Below are positions 8,707-18,548 of a DNA stretch of 64,000 nucleotides, one piece after another. Source of the DNA: Candidatus Hydrogenedentota bacterium (GTDB lineage Bacteria > Hydrogenedentota > Hydrogenedentia > Hydrogenedentales > SLHB01). How positions within the stretch are numbered: the stretch's first letter is position 1; each line of letters starts with the position of its first letter. The notes under the pieces were generated by a model, which was given only the letters and a program-made list of their open reading frames with translations, did no database searches and was not told where the DNA came from. A program made the position numbers and the translations under genes. Location of the stretch: NCBI GenBank assembly GCA_045863335.1, contig BTVY01000011.1, forward strand, positions 61,627 through 125,626. The letters are read 5' to 3'.

Positions 8707-11091
8707 GTGAGCACGACAATTCGCACTGCCCTGCGCGTCTTCATGGTGGCGATTACGGCGGCAACCCTCGTACCCAAGGCCGGGGCATTCTACCCCCAGG
8801 GATTCTTCAACGAGTTTGGGGAACTCATCATCATCACATGGCCTATCGACGTTCTTGACCGAAACAATGACGGCGATGTCAACGGCCCCAACGATGGCGT
8901 CACCCTGAACTTCGAAACCGGCAACGGGGTGGACGGATTTACTACCAACGAAGTGGCCAAGATATTGGCGGGGTACGAAGAGTGGGAGCGCGTCTCCACG
9001 GCCTTCATTGCATTCCGGCAAGGTCAAAGCATTGTCGATCCGGTCGAGCTTACTGCCGGCCTCGACGGCATTGATGCTTTCAACATGGTTTCCTTCGAAT
9101 CGGAGGACGATGTCGAGAATAATGGCTCTCTCGTGGGTGATTCGCTTTCTATCACCCTTATCACGAACTCTTTTGAGGACACCTTCATTACCGTCGGAGA
9201 CTCGACCTTTCCGGTAACCGGCGGACAAATGATCGACGTGGATACGGTCATCGGCTTCGCCGCGCGCGAGATCGAGAACACGAGTGACGAAATCTCCCTG
9301 CAGGGGTTGGCCACCTTTACCGCGGGCCTCACCATTGGTCTCGGTTACAGCCCCCTGGCAAACATTGACGAGAACGCTACCGAGCAACTCGCCAACTTGG
9401 GCAAGTTCGTGAACGTGGAAGACCGGGTGGTAGCGATTCGGAATTTCGACGGCACCATCGGCACCCGGGGCGTGACGTCGACCATGCTGAACGACTTCGT
9501 CGTGCACGTCGAGGACAACGGTTCGCTCACGGACTCCCATCCCGACCTGGCGCCGGACGACATCGCGGCGGTCACCTATCTCTATCCGCGTTCCAGCATC
9601 GATATCTTCTTCGACCTGCACCAGCGCGTGCGCACCCAAGCCCTGGATGGCTACGCGTCCGAACCGATCGCCGGCGCGTGGGTCCGCGCCTGGTGCGACG
9701 CCGACAACAATCCGGGCACCGCGCGCGTTCCGTTCACCGACACCTTCACCGGCCTGTACGAATGGCAGGTGAACACCGACTTCCGGGGGCATTTCGAGCT
9801 CAATAACCTGATCAAACAACTCGAGACCGCTCAGGAGGTGAGCTTCGCAGCGAACTATACCTTCTCGTCCAGCGAATTCCTTCCTCCCATTTTCACCGAT
9901 GACGAGCGCAGCGTATACGATACAACCCACGGCGGTTTCACATTCGGGTCTCCGGATACCCCCGCGGGAGAAGGATTCGGCTTCGACACGCTCTTCCCAG
10001 CGGAAGTCTATTTCGAGGGCGAGAACCTCTTTGGCCTGCAGAATGTCAATCAAGGCACGCCGCTTTACTTTGATCTCAACACGCGCACCATTCGAAGCGT
10101 GACCAGCGGCAAGTCGCTCGATACGCTCCTGGCGACGGGGCGTCCCATGTTTGGCGATCAGAGTTCCGTTTGTCCGCTGAACGTGGTCGTGGCCGGGCTG
10201 GCCCCGATGCAAACCCCGTCTGTCTTCCGCGGACTGCGCGACGATCTCTTGCTCAACACGGCAGCCGGCACGGCACTGGTGGATGCATACTACCGCGCGG
10301 CCCCGACGATGGCTCAGTACCTCGTCGAGCACCGCAACGTTTTGGCCGCGGCCCGGCTGGTGGCTCGCGGGGTGGAATGGGCCGTCGTTCATGCCGAGCT
10401 GCTGCTTCTGCTCGTGTCGGGAGCATTGGTGACGATGCTCGCCGGCCGTTACTTGCGGCGTCGAAACGCCCGGGCCGCTTCTGCGCTGCTGCTCGCGGGG
10501 GGGATGTGCCTGATGGCCGCACCCGCAGACGCGCTCCTGTTGCCCTACGACATCTCCGACTACATGGAGCGTTCCTCCGACGTCATCCACGGCGATGTCA
10601 CGTCCGTTGAATCCTACTGGACTGAAAACAATACGCAGATTGTGACCGACGTGACCGTCTGCGTGAAAACCGCCATCAAGGGGTCGCAGAATGAAGGCGG
10701 GCTGGTTCACTTCCAACTTCCCGTTGGGAGGGTGGGCGCCGTTGGCCGGTTCTCGCCCGAAATCCCCAACTTCAAACGCGGCGAAGAGGTCGTCCTGTTC
10801 CTGAATTGCGGTGAACGGGGCTTCACGATTACGGGCGGAGTCGCCGGAAAGTACGCCGTGAAGGCGGACGCCCGAAGCGGCAAGAAGTACGTGCTGCCCG
10901 TGTCCTTCCCGGGGATGGATCGCCTGAAGAAGGAAGCCATCAAGATTCGCGAGCATAAGGCAGCCGAAGAAGGCGTCGAACTGGCGTCGGTAAACAAGGA
11001 AACCATTCCGGCGGCCATCGAGCTTCAAGAGTTTGTCGACCACCTTCGCCGGGTCGAACGGGAGCGGAATCAGGCAGACGATCGCGCCTAG
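8707..11091 (+). CDS. Secreted matrixin-like (metzincin-fold) pseudoprotease with internal CFI-box-like domain and a second signal peptide plus C-terminal domain (794 aa)
   Basis: AAGGA RBS before GTG 8707; signal peptide ending AGA|F; matrixin-like context (EEWERVS, IDVDTVI, SLQGLAT-FTAGLTIGLGYS, STML, LAPDDIAAVTYLYP); CPLN...FRGLRDDLL...YYRAAP at 10171. Confidence 0.7.
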   Translation: MSTTIRTALRVFMVAITAATLVPKAGAFYPQGFFNEFGELIIITWPIDVLDRNNDGDVNGPNDGVTLNFETGNGVDGFTTNEVAKILAGYEEWERVSTAFIAFRQGQSIVDPVELTAGLDGIDAFNMVSFESEDDVENNGSLVGDSLSITLITNSFEDTFITVGDSTFPVTGGQMIDVDTVIGFAAREIENTSDEISLQGLATFTAGLTIGLGYSPLANIDENATEQLANLGKFVNVEDRVVAIRNFDGTIGTRGVTSTMLNDFVVHVEDNGSLTDSHPDLAPDDIAAVTYLYPRSSIDIFFDLHQRVRTQALDGYASEPIAGAWVRAWCDADNNPGTARVPFTDTFTGLYEWQVNTDFRGHFELNNLIKQLETAQEVSFAANYTFSSSEFLPPIFTDDERSVYDTTHGGFTFGSPDTPAGEGFGFDTLFPAEVYFEGENLFGLQNVNQGTPLYFDLNTRTIRSVTSGKSLDTLLATGRPMFGDQSSVCPLNVVVAGLAPMQTPSVFRGLRDDLLLNTAAGTALVDAYYRAAPTMAQYLVEHRNVLAAARLVARGVEWAVVHAELLLLLVSGALVTMLAGRYLRRRNARAASALLLAGGMCLMAAPADALLLPYDISDYMERSSDVIHGDVTSVESYWTENNTQIVTDVTVCVKTAIKGSQNEGGLVHFQLPVGRVGAVGRFSPEIPNFKRGEEVVLFLNCGERGFTITGGVAGKYAVKADARSGKKYVLPVSFPGMDRLKKEAIKIREHKAAEEGVELASVNKETIPAAIELQEFVDHLRRVERERNQADDRA

Positions 11092-11117
11092 AAATCCCTG
11101 AAACGGAATCGTCTAAC

Positions 11118-11156
11118 ATCAAGCCTCGTGCGACAGGAAGACGCGCGAGGCTTGAT
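11118..11156 (+). terminator. Hairpin, likely terminator after the CFI-box gene pair
   Basis: ATCAAGCCTCGTGCG / CGCGCGAGGCTTGAT, 15-bp stem with one G-U pair; weak U-tract. Confidence 0.5.
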
Positions 11157-11561
11157 TCTGTCAAAGAGCCGCTGGCGGGGGAGTGATCCACCCGGCCGAA
11201 AACCCGCATTTCCCGGCACGGACCATACCCGGCGCAATGTCAGGAGAGTTCCGCAATTCAATCCGTAACATTGCATCGACTCAGGTGGTCCGATAGACTG
11301 TGGGCTCTTCGGCGGAACGGTGCGCTCGGATGCGTCAACCTTGATTCCCGGCAGTGCGTTACCCCAATGTTATTAACGGCTTCGAGATACGTGCCCGCGT
11401 AGCCGGGATTGGCCGGTGAGCGTAGCCCCAGCGCGAGGGCGGGATCTGCCAACCGCAACGCTATATCTAGCCGCCCGCTTGCGGGTGACCGCAAGAACTT
11501 GGGTGGAAAATCGCCACGACGTGCCGCGGGTGCGGGACACGAGAGTGATACGGAGGATAAC

Positions 11562-12482
11562 ATGGTCAAGGGCCTGCTCATTCGACAGGCGTTTGTCATT
11601 ATCGATCTAGGGCTCGCCCTGCTTGTTGCGTTTGTGATGTATCTGATTGCCGAGCAACAGTTGGAATCGCGGGCGCCTAAGGTGAGCCTTCCTCCCATCG
11701 ATCCGGGTGAAGGATCGAACGTAGAACTAGCCAAGCTGGGACCGCAGAACGAGTACGACGTCATTGGAAGCAGCGGTCTTTTTGGCGCGGCGGGAGACAT
11801 GGCCGAGCCGGCCCAAACCGAGCTACCCCCTGTAAGCATGGAGCCGCCGCCGCCGACCCTGCGTTTGCACGCAACTGCGGCCACGGGAGGCCCCGAAAAC
11901 CGGCTGTCCACGGCGATCATCGAGAATAGCGCGGCCCAGTCCGTCCAGAAAATCTCTGCCTACTACCTCGGCCAGCCGGTAACGGACGAACTCGTATTGA
12001 AAGAGGTCTACCCCCGGAAGGTCATTCTAGAGAATCCGACAAAGAACTCGTTTTCCGAACTGCTCATGGCCGAAGCCGATGAGAAGCCGTCGCAGGCAGT
12101 GGCGGCGATGGCAGCCCGTCAACCCCGTCAGCCGGTCCAAACGGCACAGAATACGGATGCAATCGCGTTGGACCGCAACGCGGTCGCGGAGGAATTGGCG
12201 ACGTACGACTACGCCGACGTGGTCAATACGCTCAATCCCGAAATGGCCGAAGACGAGAACGGCAACGTCACGGGGATTACGTCCTCGAATTTTGCCGCGG
12301 TGCCGCTCGCGGCCGAAGTGGGCCTGCAGAACGGCGACGTCATCAACACGGTCAACGGCATCAAAATCGACAGCGACCAGAAGCTCATGGAAATATTCAC
12401 GAAGTTTTCAAACGCGAGCACCTTTCGGCTAGGCATCACGCGGAACGGTTCGCCGCAAATGCTCACGTTCAAATTGGAGTGA
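11562..12482 (+). CDS. gspC: Type II secretion protein C with PDZ domain
   Basis: GGAGG at 11552-11556; N-terminal TM, HR-like domain (TLRLHAT...STAIIEN...LKEVYPRKVIL), C-terminal PDZ (GLQNGDVINTVNG); first gene before the secretin. Confidence 0.85.
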   Translation: MVKGLLIRQAFVIIDLGLALLVAFVMYLIAEQQLESRAPKVSLPPIDPGEGSNVELAKLGPQNEYDVIGSSGLFGAAGDMAEPAQTELPPVSMEPPPPTLRLHATAATGGPENRLSTAIIENSAAQSVQKISAYYLGQPVTDELVLKEVYPRKVILENPTKNSFSELLMAEADEKPSQAVAAMAARQPRQPVQTAQNTDAIALDRNAVAEELATYDYADVVNTLNPEMAEDENGNVTGITSSNFAAVPLAAEVGLQNGDVINTVNGIKIDSDQKLMEIFTKFSNASTFRLGITRNGSPQMLTFKLE

Positions 12483-12492
12483 CCAGCGGAAG

Positions 12493-15093
12493 ATGGATAG
12501 GATGACCAGTGGCTTCAGAATCCCTCGACGGGCAGACCGGGCGCTTCGCCTTTTAGTTCCAATGCTAGCACTCGTTCTGGCGACTCCGTCCCTGCGCGCA
12601 CAAGATGACACAACCCCTGCTCCCCTCGGTTCCGCCGTTAACACTGACCGGGGGGATGGAGAAGCGAAGGGGAGACGCGCGGAACGCAAGCGACAGCGGG
12701 CGGCCGAAACCGCAACGGAATCCGAGGTCGCACCAGAGAATGGTTTGCCCGAAGCCGCCGATCCCGGTCCGGAACCGGAACTAGCCCAAGCCGCGACGGA
12801 AGCTCCGGATGTGTCGATGCCGAATTCGCCCGTCGTTCTCCCGCAGGGCGCCGTGGCAACGTCGCGGGCGGCCGAGGGTCGGCAGGCGCCCGGGGCAACC
12901 GCTGAGGACGTCAGGCAGATCGGAACGCCGCAGGAGTCTCCCGAACTGCCGGAAAACGAATACCGCATCAAGTCCGGCGAGCCCACCAACAAACCAATAC
13001 GATTGGATGTGGACAACCAAGACCTGGGAGTCGTCATTCAGATGCTCGCGCCCATGATTGGCAAGACCTTCGACATCGACCAGCAGGTTGCGGCGCAAAA
13101 AGTGACCGTTATCAGCCACGACGAGATTCCCGCGGACATGGCCTATTACGTGCTCGAATCCATACTCGCGTCTCGCGGCATGAAGATGGTTCAGACGCTG
13201 GACGGGAATCTCATCAAGATTCGTCCGATTGGCGAAGATCTTGCCTATGCCCCGATTGTCGTCGATGGCGAAACCGAGCCCGAAGGATACGATAGCTACG
13301 CGTATCACATCGTTCAGGTGAACTACGGGGATCCGGTTGAACTGTCGAATCTGCTGAAGACGGTGGGGTCGAACCAGGCCCAGGTGAACGTGTACGCCAA
13401 AACGCGCACCTTAATCCTCTACGATACGGCTGTCGGCCTTCGGAATATGCTCAAGTTGCTTGAGACCGTGGACTTGCCCGGTTACGACGAGGCCGTCGAA
13501 TTTTTCTGGTTGAAGTTCACCCGTGCCGAAGTCATTGCGGAACAGATCGAGCAAGTGCTGCTCGGCGGCGAGGGCGAGGCCCAGGCCGGGGCGGTTCCTT
13601 CGGCGCCCCAGGTTCGTACGCCGGCCACGTTGCGCGCCCAGCGACAAACGGCGCTTCAGACGGAATCTACGATCATCGGCGCCGAGTTTTCGCTTCGCAT
13701 GGTGCCCGACGAAAGGCTCAACGCGCTCATCGTGGTTGCGTCGCAACCGCTCATGGAGCAAGTTCGCGACTTGGTGGAACGGCTCGATACGCCCACAACC
13801 CCCGATACCAACAATTTCCACGTGCGCGAATTGCTCCACGCCGACGCGGAAGCGATGGAGACTGCACTGAACGCCATGATCGGCGGCGTGTCGCCTCGTC
13901 AAACCGGAACCGGCGGCGGGGGCGGCGGACAGCAAGGGGCACCCGTCGCAGCCGGAACCGGCGAAGTGCAGCCCTTCGAGAAGCAGGTCACCATTACCCG
14001 CTACGATCAAACGAACGCGCTGCTTATTGTCGCGTCGCCCCAGGACTTCAAGGTGCTCGACAACGTCATCGCGCAACTGGACGTGCCCGCCCGGCAAGTC
14101 CATGTGGAAGCGCAAATCCTCGAAGTCTCCATCAACGATCGGTATCGGCTCGCCGTTGAGTCCGCCGGGCTGACGGCAAACGACTACTTTGCCTTGAACA
14201 ATGTGGTGAATTTGGCCAACGTGTTGACGCAAGGCCCCCTCGGCGCGCTGGAAAACGCGGAAGACATCTTGAACGTCGGAATTATCGACGGGACGACCGA
14301 GATTACGCTTCCAGACGGCGCGGGCGGTTTCATTACGCAGGAGATTCCAAACATTCCACTCCTGCTTACCGCGCTCGAATCGTTGACCGCGCTGGACGTG
14401 CTCTCGCGGCCCAGCCTCACCACCGTGGACAACGAAGAAGCCCACATCCTCGACGGTCAAGAGGTTCCGGTGATCACAGGGTCGCAGCGTCCGCTGGATT
14501 CCGGTTCCGGCGTTACGACCAGTAGTCTGTTCAACCAGACGCAGCGCCGCGACGTGGGTATCCAATTGACGGTTACGCCCCAAATAAGTGAGGGCGATTA
14601 CGTGTTTCTGGAACTGGAGGTCTCCGTCGAACGTCCAATTCAAAGCACGATCGGGCTTGATCCCAACCTGGTCGGTCCGACGTTCTCAAAGTCGGAAATC
14701 ACGAACAAGGTGGTAGTTCGGGACGGGTCCACCGGCGTGCTGGGCGGGCTCATCAGCGAAAGCACCGATCGCTCGAAGCGCCAAACCCCTATCCTGGGCG
14801 ATGTCCCGGGCTTGGGCTGGTTGTTTCGCAGAAAAGACGACCAGCGCGGCAAGCGCAACCTCGTTGTTCTGATCACGCCGCATATCATGAAGGAGGGAAT
14901 CGACTATGACCGCAAGACCGAAGCGGAAATCGACTACGCCACCAAAGCGAATGCGGATATCCTGTTTGAGAAGGGCTTTATCAAGAAAGTGACCGGCAAG
15001 CACCAGATGCGGCAGGACTATCGGCCGACCGAATCCGCGCTCGAAGAAGTGCGGTCTGAACAAGGTTTCCAGCGCGGAGATGTATCGAGATAA
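12493..15093 (+). CDS. gspD: Type II secretion secretin
   Basis: Signal peptide; N0-N3 domains (DERLNALIV, YDQTNALLI); secretin core QVHVEAQILEV, GIQLTVTPQI, PILGDVPGLGWLF, LVVLITPHI. Confidence 0.93.
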   Translation: MDRMTSGFRIPRRADRALRLLVPMLALVLATPSLRAQDDTTPAPLGSAVNTDRGDGEAKGRRAERKRQRAAETATESEVAPENGLPEAADPGPEPELAQAATEAPDVSMPNSPVVLPQGAVATSRAAEGRQAPGATAEDVRQIGTPQESPELPENEYRIKSGEPTNKPIRLDVDNQDLGVVIQMLAPMIGKTFDIDQQVAAQKVTVISHDEIPADMAYYVLESILASRGMKMVQTLDGNLIKIRPIGEDLAYAPIVVDGETEPEGYDSYAYHIVQVNYGDPVELSNLLKTVGSNQAQVNVYAKTRTLILYDTAVGLRNMLKLLETVDLPGYDEAVEFFWLKFTRAEVIAEQIEQVLLGGEGEAQAGAVPSAPQVRTPATLRAQRQTALQTESTIIGAEFSLRMVPDERLNALIVVASQPLMEQVRDLVERLDTPTTPDTNNFHVRELLHADAEAMETALNAMIGGVSPRQTGTGGGGGGQQGAPVAAGTGEVQPFEKQVTITRYDQTNALLIVASPQDFKVLDNVIAQLDVPARQVHVEAQILEVSINDRYRLAVESAGLTANDYFALNNVVNLANVLTQGPLGALENAEDILNVGIIDGTTEITLPDGAGGFITQEIPNIPLLLTALESLTALDVLSRPSLTTVDNEEAHILDGQEVPVITGSQRPLDSGSGVTTSSLFNQTQRRDVGIQLTVTPQISEGDYVFLELEVSVERPIQSTIGLDPNLVGPTFSKSEITNKVVVRDGSTGVLGGLISESTDRSKRQTPILGDVPGLGWLFRRKDDQRGKRNLVVLITPHIMKEGIDYDRKTEAEIDYATKANADILFEKGFIKKVTGKHQMRQDYRPTESALEEVRSEQGFQRGDVSR

Positions 15094-15095
15094 CC

Positions 15096-16832
15096 GTGTC
15101 TACTGAACGACCGACATTGCTTGGCGAAATACTCGTCGCCCACGGCCACGCCCATCAGGAGCAGGTGGACGAAGGGCTTGAGTTGCAGCGCATTCGTCCC
15201 AAACGTATTGGCGAGATCCTCATGGATGTCGGATACGTGGAGGAGGAGCACGTTCTCGAAGCCTTAAGCGACCAGTTCTCCATCCCCTACGAAAAGAACA
15301 TTCACGAGTCGCTGGATTCGTCCCTCACCACAAAGGTGCCGATCAACTTCATTCGCGAATATCGCATGGTGCCATTCCGCCAGAACGGTTCCGCTTTCTA
15401 CGTCGCCATTAACGATCCCGTCAACCTGCTCCCGCTGGACGATCTCCGGTTGTTGCTCGGAGGCCCCGTGCTTCCGGTGCTGTGCCGGGAAGTGGAAATC
15501 CAGCAGGTCATCGACAATTATTTCGATCAGCAGGGCGAAAACGCGCGCGATATGATCGACAACATCGTGTTGTCTGGCGACGACGATGCCGACATCCCTT
15601 CTCTGGACGGGCTCGATTCCGAACGCGACCTGCTCGATCTTGCGAACGAAGCGCCCATCATCAAACTCATCAATCTGCTCATCTCCGGCGCGGTGAAGGA
15701 ACGGGCATCGGATATTCACGTCGAACCTTTCGAGCGGGAGGTGCGTGTCCGGTACCGCATTGACGGTGTGCTCTACGAGAAATTGTCGGTACCCAAGTCG
15801 CAGCAGGCGGCCATCATCTCCCGTGTGAAGATCATGGCGAACCTCAATATTGCCGAGCATCGCCTGCCCCAGGACGGACGCATCAAGATCCGGCTCAGCG
15901 GCAAAGAGATTGATATCCGCGTGTCCATCATCCCCATTGCTTACGGCGAACGCGTCGTCATGCGTATTCTCGAGAAGGGCAATTTCCTCTTCGGGCTCGA
16001 AGAACTGGGCATGGACCAGCACGACTTCAAGTTGTTCAACAAGCTCATCACCAGTTCTCACGGCATCATCCTTGTGACGGGGCCGACGGGATCGGGAAAA
16101 TCGACCACCCTGTATGCCGGCCTGCAACGGGTTAGTTCGCCGGAATTGAACATCATCACCGTCGAAGACCCTATTGAATACCAGATGCCCGGCATCGGCC
16201 AGATTCAGGTGCGCCCCAAGATCGGCCTTACGTTCGCTGCTGGTTTGCGCAGTATTCTTCGCCAAGACCCGGACGTCATTCTCGTCGGCGAAATCCGCGA
16301 CCTCGAAACGGCGGACATGGCCATTCAGGCGTCCTTGACCGGTCACCTGGTGTTTTCCACGCTCCACACCAACGACAGTTCCGGCGCCATCACGCGACTG
16401 GTCAACATGGGCATTGAGCCATTCCTCGTGAGTTCGTCCACGATCGCGATCCTGGCGCAGCGCCTGGTCCGCAACATCTGCAAGCATTGCAAGGAAGAGT
16501 ATGAACCGGAACTCGAGAGCTTGCTGGAACTGGGATTGACCGAAGACCAGGCCCGGGGAAAGACGGCGTTTCGCGGGCTCGGCTGCGAGCGCTGTCAGGG
16601 ACGCGGGTATTTCGGCCGGACTGGTATTTTTGAACTGCTCGTCATGACGGCTCGCGTGCAGGAACTGACCCTGCAGGGCGCGGATTCCAATGTCATCAAA
16701 CGTGAAGCCAAACGGGAAGGCATGCGCACGCTTCGGGAAGACGGCGCCTCCAAAGTATTCAAGGGCGTGTCAACGATCGAGGAGGTGATGCGCGTTACTC
16801 GAGATGACATCCTCATGGAAGTGACGGAGTAG
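15096..16832 (+). CDS. gspE: Type II secretion ATPase with MshEN-like N-terminus
   Basis: ASDIHVEP, RYRIDG, Walker A GPTGSGKST, TVEDPIEY, LRQDPDVILVGEIRD, CKHC/CERC Zn motif; lies between gspD and gspF. Confidence 0.95.
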   Translation: MSTERPTLLGEILVAHGHAHQEQVDEGLELQRIRPKRIGEILMDVGYVEEEHVLEALSDQFSIPYEKNIHESLDSSLTTKVPINFIREYRMVPFRQNGSAFYVAINDPVNLLPLDDLRLLLGGPVLPVLCREVEIQQVIDNYFDQQGENARDMIDNIVLSGDDDADIPSLDGLDSERDLLDLANEAPIIKLINLLISGAVKERASDIHVEPFEREVRVRYRIDGVLYEKLSVPKSQQAAIISRVKIMANLNIAEHRLPQDGRIKIRLSGKEIDIRVSIIPIAYGERVVMRILEKGNFLFGLEELGMDQHDFKLFNKLITSSHGIILVTGPTGSGKSTTLYAGLQRVSSPELNIITVEDPIEYQMPGIGQIQVRPKIGLTFAAGLRSILRQDPDVILVGEIRDLETADMAIQASLTGHLVFSTLHTNDSSGAITRLVNMGIEPFLVSSSTIAILAQRLVRNICKHCKEEYEPELESLLELGLTEDQARGKTAFRGLGCERCQGRGYFGRTGIFELLVMTARVQELTLQGADSNVIKREAKREGMRTLREDGASKVFKGVSTIEEVMRVTRDDILMEVTE

Positions 16833-16836
16833 CGCG

Positions 16837-18057
16837 ATGGCGGTTTTCGAATACGAGGCAATGGCCAAGAGTGGCAAGGCGGTCCGCGGCATTATCGACG
16901 CCGACACACCTGCAGCCGCACGCCGGAAACTCCGGGAACAGGCCCTTTACCCCACGAAGCTGGAAGAGACGTCCGCGAAGTCGGCTTCGGGCCGTGGCAA
17001 GGGCGAGTCAAGCACCAGTTTCAGCCGCGTTTCCAACCGGGACGTGGCGATCATGACGCGCCAGTTGGCGGTCCTGTTGCAGGCCGGGATGCCGCTCGTC
17101 GAAGCCCTTGGCGCATTGCTTGAGCAGACCTCCAATCAACGCCTGCGAAAGACCATCTACGAAGTCCGCGACCGCGTCAACGAAGGTGTCACGCTCGCGG
17201 ATTCGCTAGCGGCGCACAGCCGGATATTTTCCGAACTCTACGTGAACATGGTGCGGGCGGGTGAAGCGAGCGGCGCATTGGAAAGCGTTTTGCTCCGCCT
17301 CGCGGACATTCTCGAACGCCAGGTGCGGTTGAAAAACAAGATCGCGTCCATGCTGGCCTATCCCATCCTCATGGCGCTCGTCGGCACGGGCATCATTACC
17401 TTCATGATGGGGTTCATCGTTCCCAAGATCGTGCAGATCTTCGAGAAGCAGCAGCGGGAACTTCCCCTGGTGACCACGATCATGATCACCACCTGCAACT
17501 TCATTCGCGAGTGGTGGATTCTCATTTTGCTCTGTATCGCGGGCGGATTTGTACTGTGGCGCATCTGGGTGGGCCGTCCCGAAGGGCGCCGCCGCTGGGA
17601 TGCTATCAAGCTTCGCATGCCCGTGATGGGCGCCCTCTACGTCAAGATGATCAGCGCCCGGTTCTCGCGAACCCTCGGCACCATGCTGCAGAGCGGCCTC
17701 ATCATGATGACCGCCCTGGACGTGGTAAAGAGTGTCGTCGAAAACAAGGTCGTCGAAAATGCCATGGACGACGTGAAGAGCGGTGTCCGCCGCGGTCGTG
17801 ACCTGACGGTCCCCTTGCGGGAAACGGGCGTCTTTCCGCCCATGCTGATTCATATGGTGGAGTTGGGGCAGCGAAGCGGCGAGTTGGAGAACATGTTGAT
17901 CCGCGTGGCGGACACCTACGATGAAGATATCGAGATGACGGTAAACGGCATCGTTAGCTTGCTGGAGCCGCTCATGATCGTCGTGATGGGTGTTGTCGTC
18001 GGTTTCCTGGTGTTTTCCATCCTGCTGCCCATATTCGACATGAGTTCCGGAATTTGA
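16837..18057 (+). CDS. gspF: Type II secretion inner membrane platform protein
   Basis: RQLAVLLQAGMPL, GEASGAL, YPIL, FSRTLGTML, LLEP motifs; three TM segments. Confidence 0.95.
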   Translation: MAVFEYEAMAKSGKAVRGIIDADTPAAARRKLREQALYPTKLEETSAKSASGRGKGESSTSFSRVSNRDVAIMTRQLAVLLQAGMPLVEALGALLEQTSNQRLRKTIYEVRDRVNEGVTLADSLAAHSRIFSELYVNMVRAGEASGALESVLLRLADILERQVRLKNKIASMLAYPILMALVGTGIITFMMGFIVPKIVQIFEKQQRELPLVTTIMITTCNFIREWWILILLCIAGGFVLWRIWVGRPEGRRRWDAIKLRMPVMGALYVKMISARFSRTLGTMLQSGLIMMTALDVVKSVVENKVVENAMDDVKSGVRRGRDLTVPLRETGVFPPMLIHMVELGQRSGELENMLIRVADTYDEDIEMTVNGIVSLLEPLMIVVMGVVVGFLVFSILLPIFDMSSGI

Positions 18058-18071
18058 CGAGGAGAGGTCCC

Positions 18072-18536
18072 ATGAACGCAACATGCATTTCCCACTCAGA
18101 CCGGCGGTCCCTGTCAGCGAGCCGGAACGCCCAATCGGGGTTCACCCTGATCGAGTTGATGGTCGTGATTGTCATCCTGGGTCTGCTCGCTGCCGTGGTG
18201 GTGCCCCGGTTCATCGGCGCAACGGACGACGCGAAGGTCGCCGCCGCCAAGACGCAGGTACACGCCTTTCGCATGGCGCTGGACATGTACAAGCTGAAGT
18301 TCGGCAATTATCCAAAGACCTCGGAAGGGCTTCAGGCGCTCATTAACAATCCGAAGCAGAATTTCCTTCAGGAAGAGAACATTCCGCCCGATCCTTGGGG
18401 CAATCCCTATCAGTACACCGCTCCGGGCAATAACGGCCGCGATTACGATCTCCAGTCGTTTGGCGCCGACGGTGCGCCCGGCGGCACCGGGTTCAATGCG
18501 GACGTCCAGAGCTGGAACCTCCAGGCGAGCGAGTAA
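18072..18536 (+). CDS. gspG: Major pseudopilin
   Basis: G|FTLIELMVV prepilin site; ALDMYKL...YP..EGL.AL, DPWGNPYQY, SFGADG..GG.G..AD. Confidence 0.95.
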   Translation: MNATCISHSDRRSLSASRNAQSGFTLIELMVVIVILGLLAAVVVPRFIGATDDAKVAAAKTQVHAFRMALDMYKLKFGNYPKTSEGLQALINNPKQNFLQEENIPPDPWGNPYQYTAPGNNGRDYDLQSFGADGAPGGTGFNADVQSWNLQASE

Positions 18537-18548
18537 CGTGAGCAGGTC

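Noticed and set aside
8527-11043. Long antisense ORFs (838 aa here; also 27606-29354, 47283-49631, 34728-36458, 21866-23335)
   Set aside because: Shadow frames of GC-rich genes with clear motifs on the + strand; no recognisable domains
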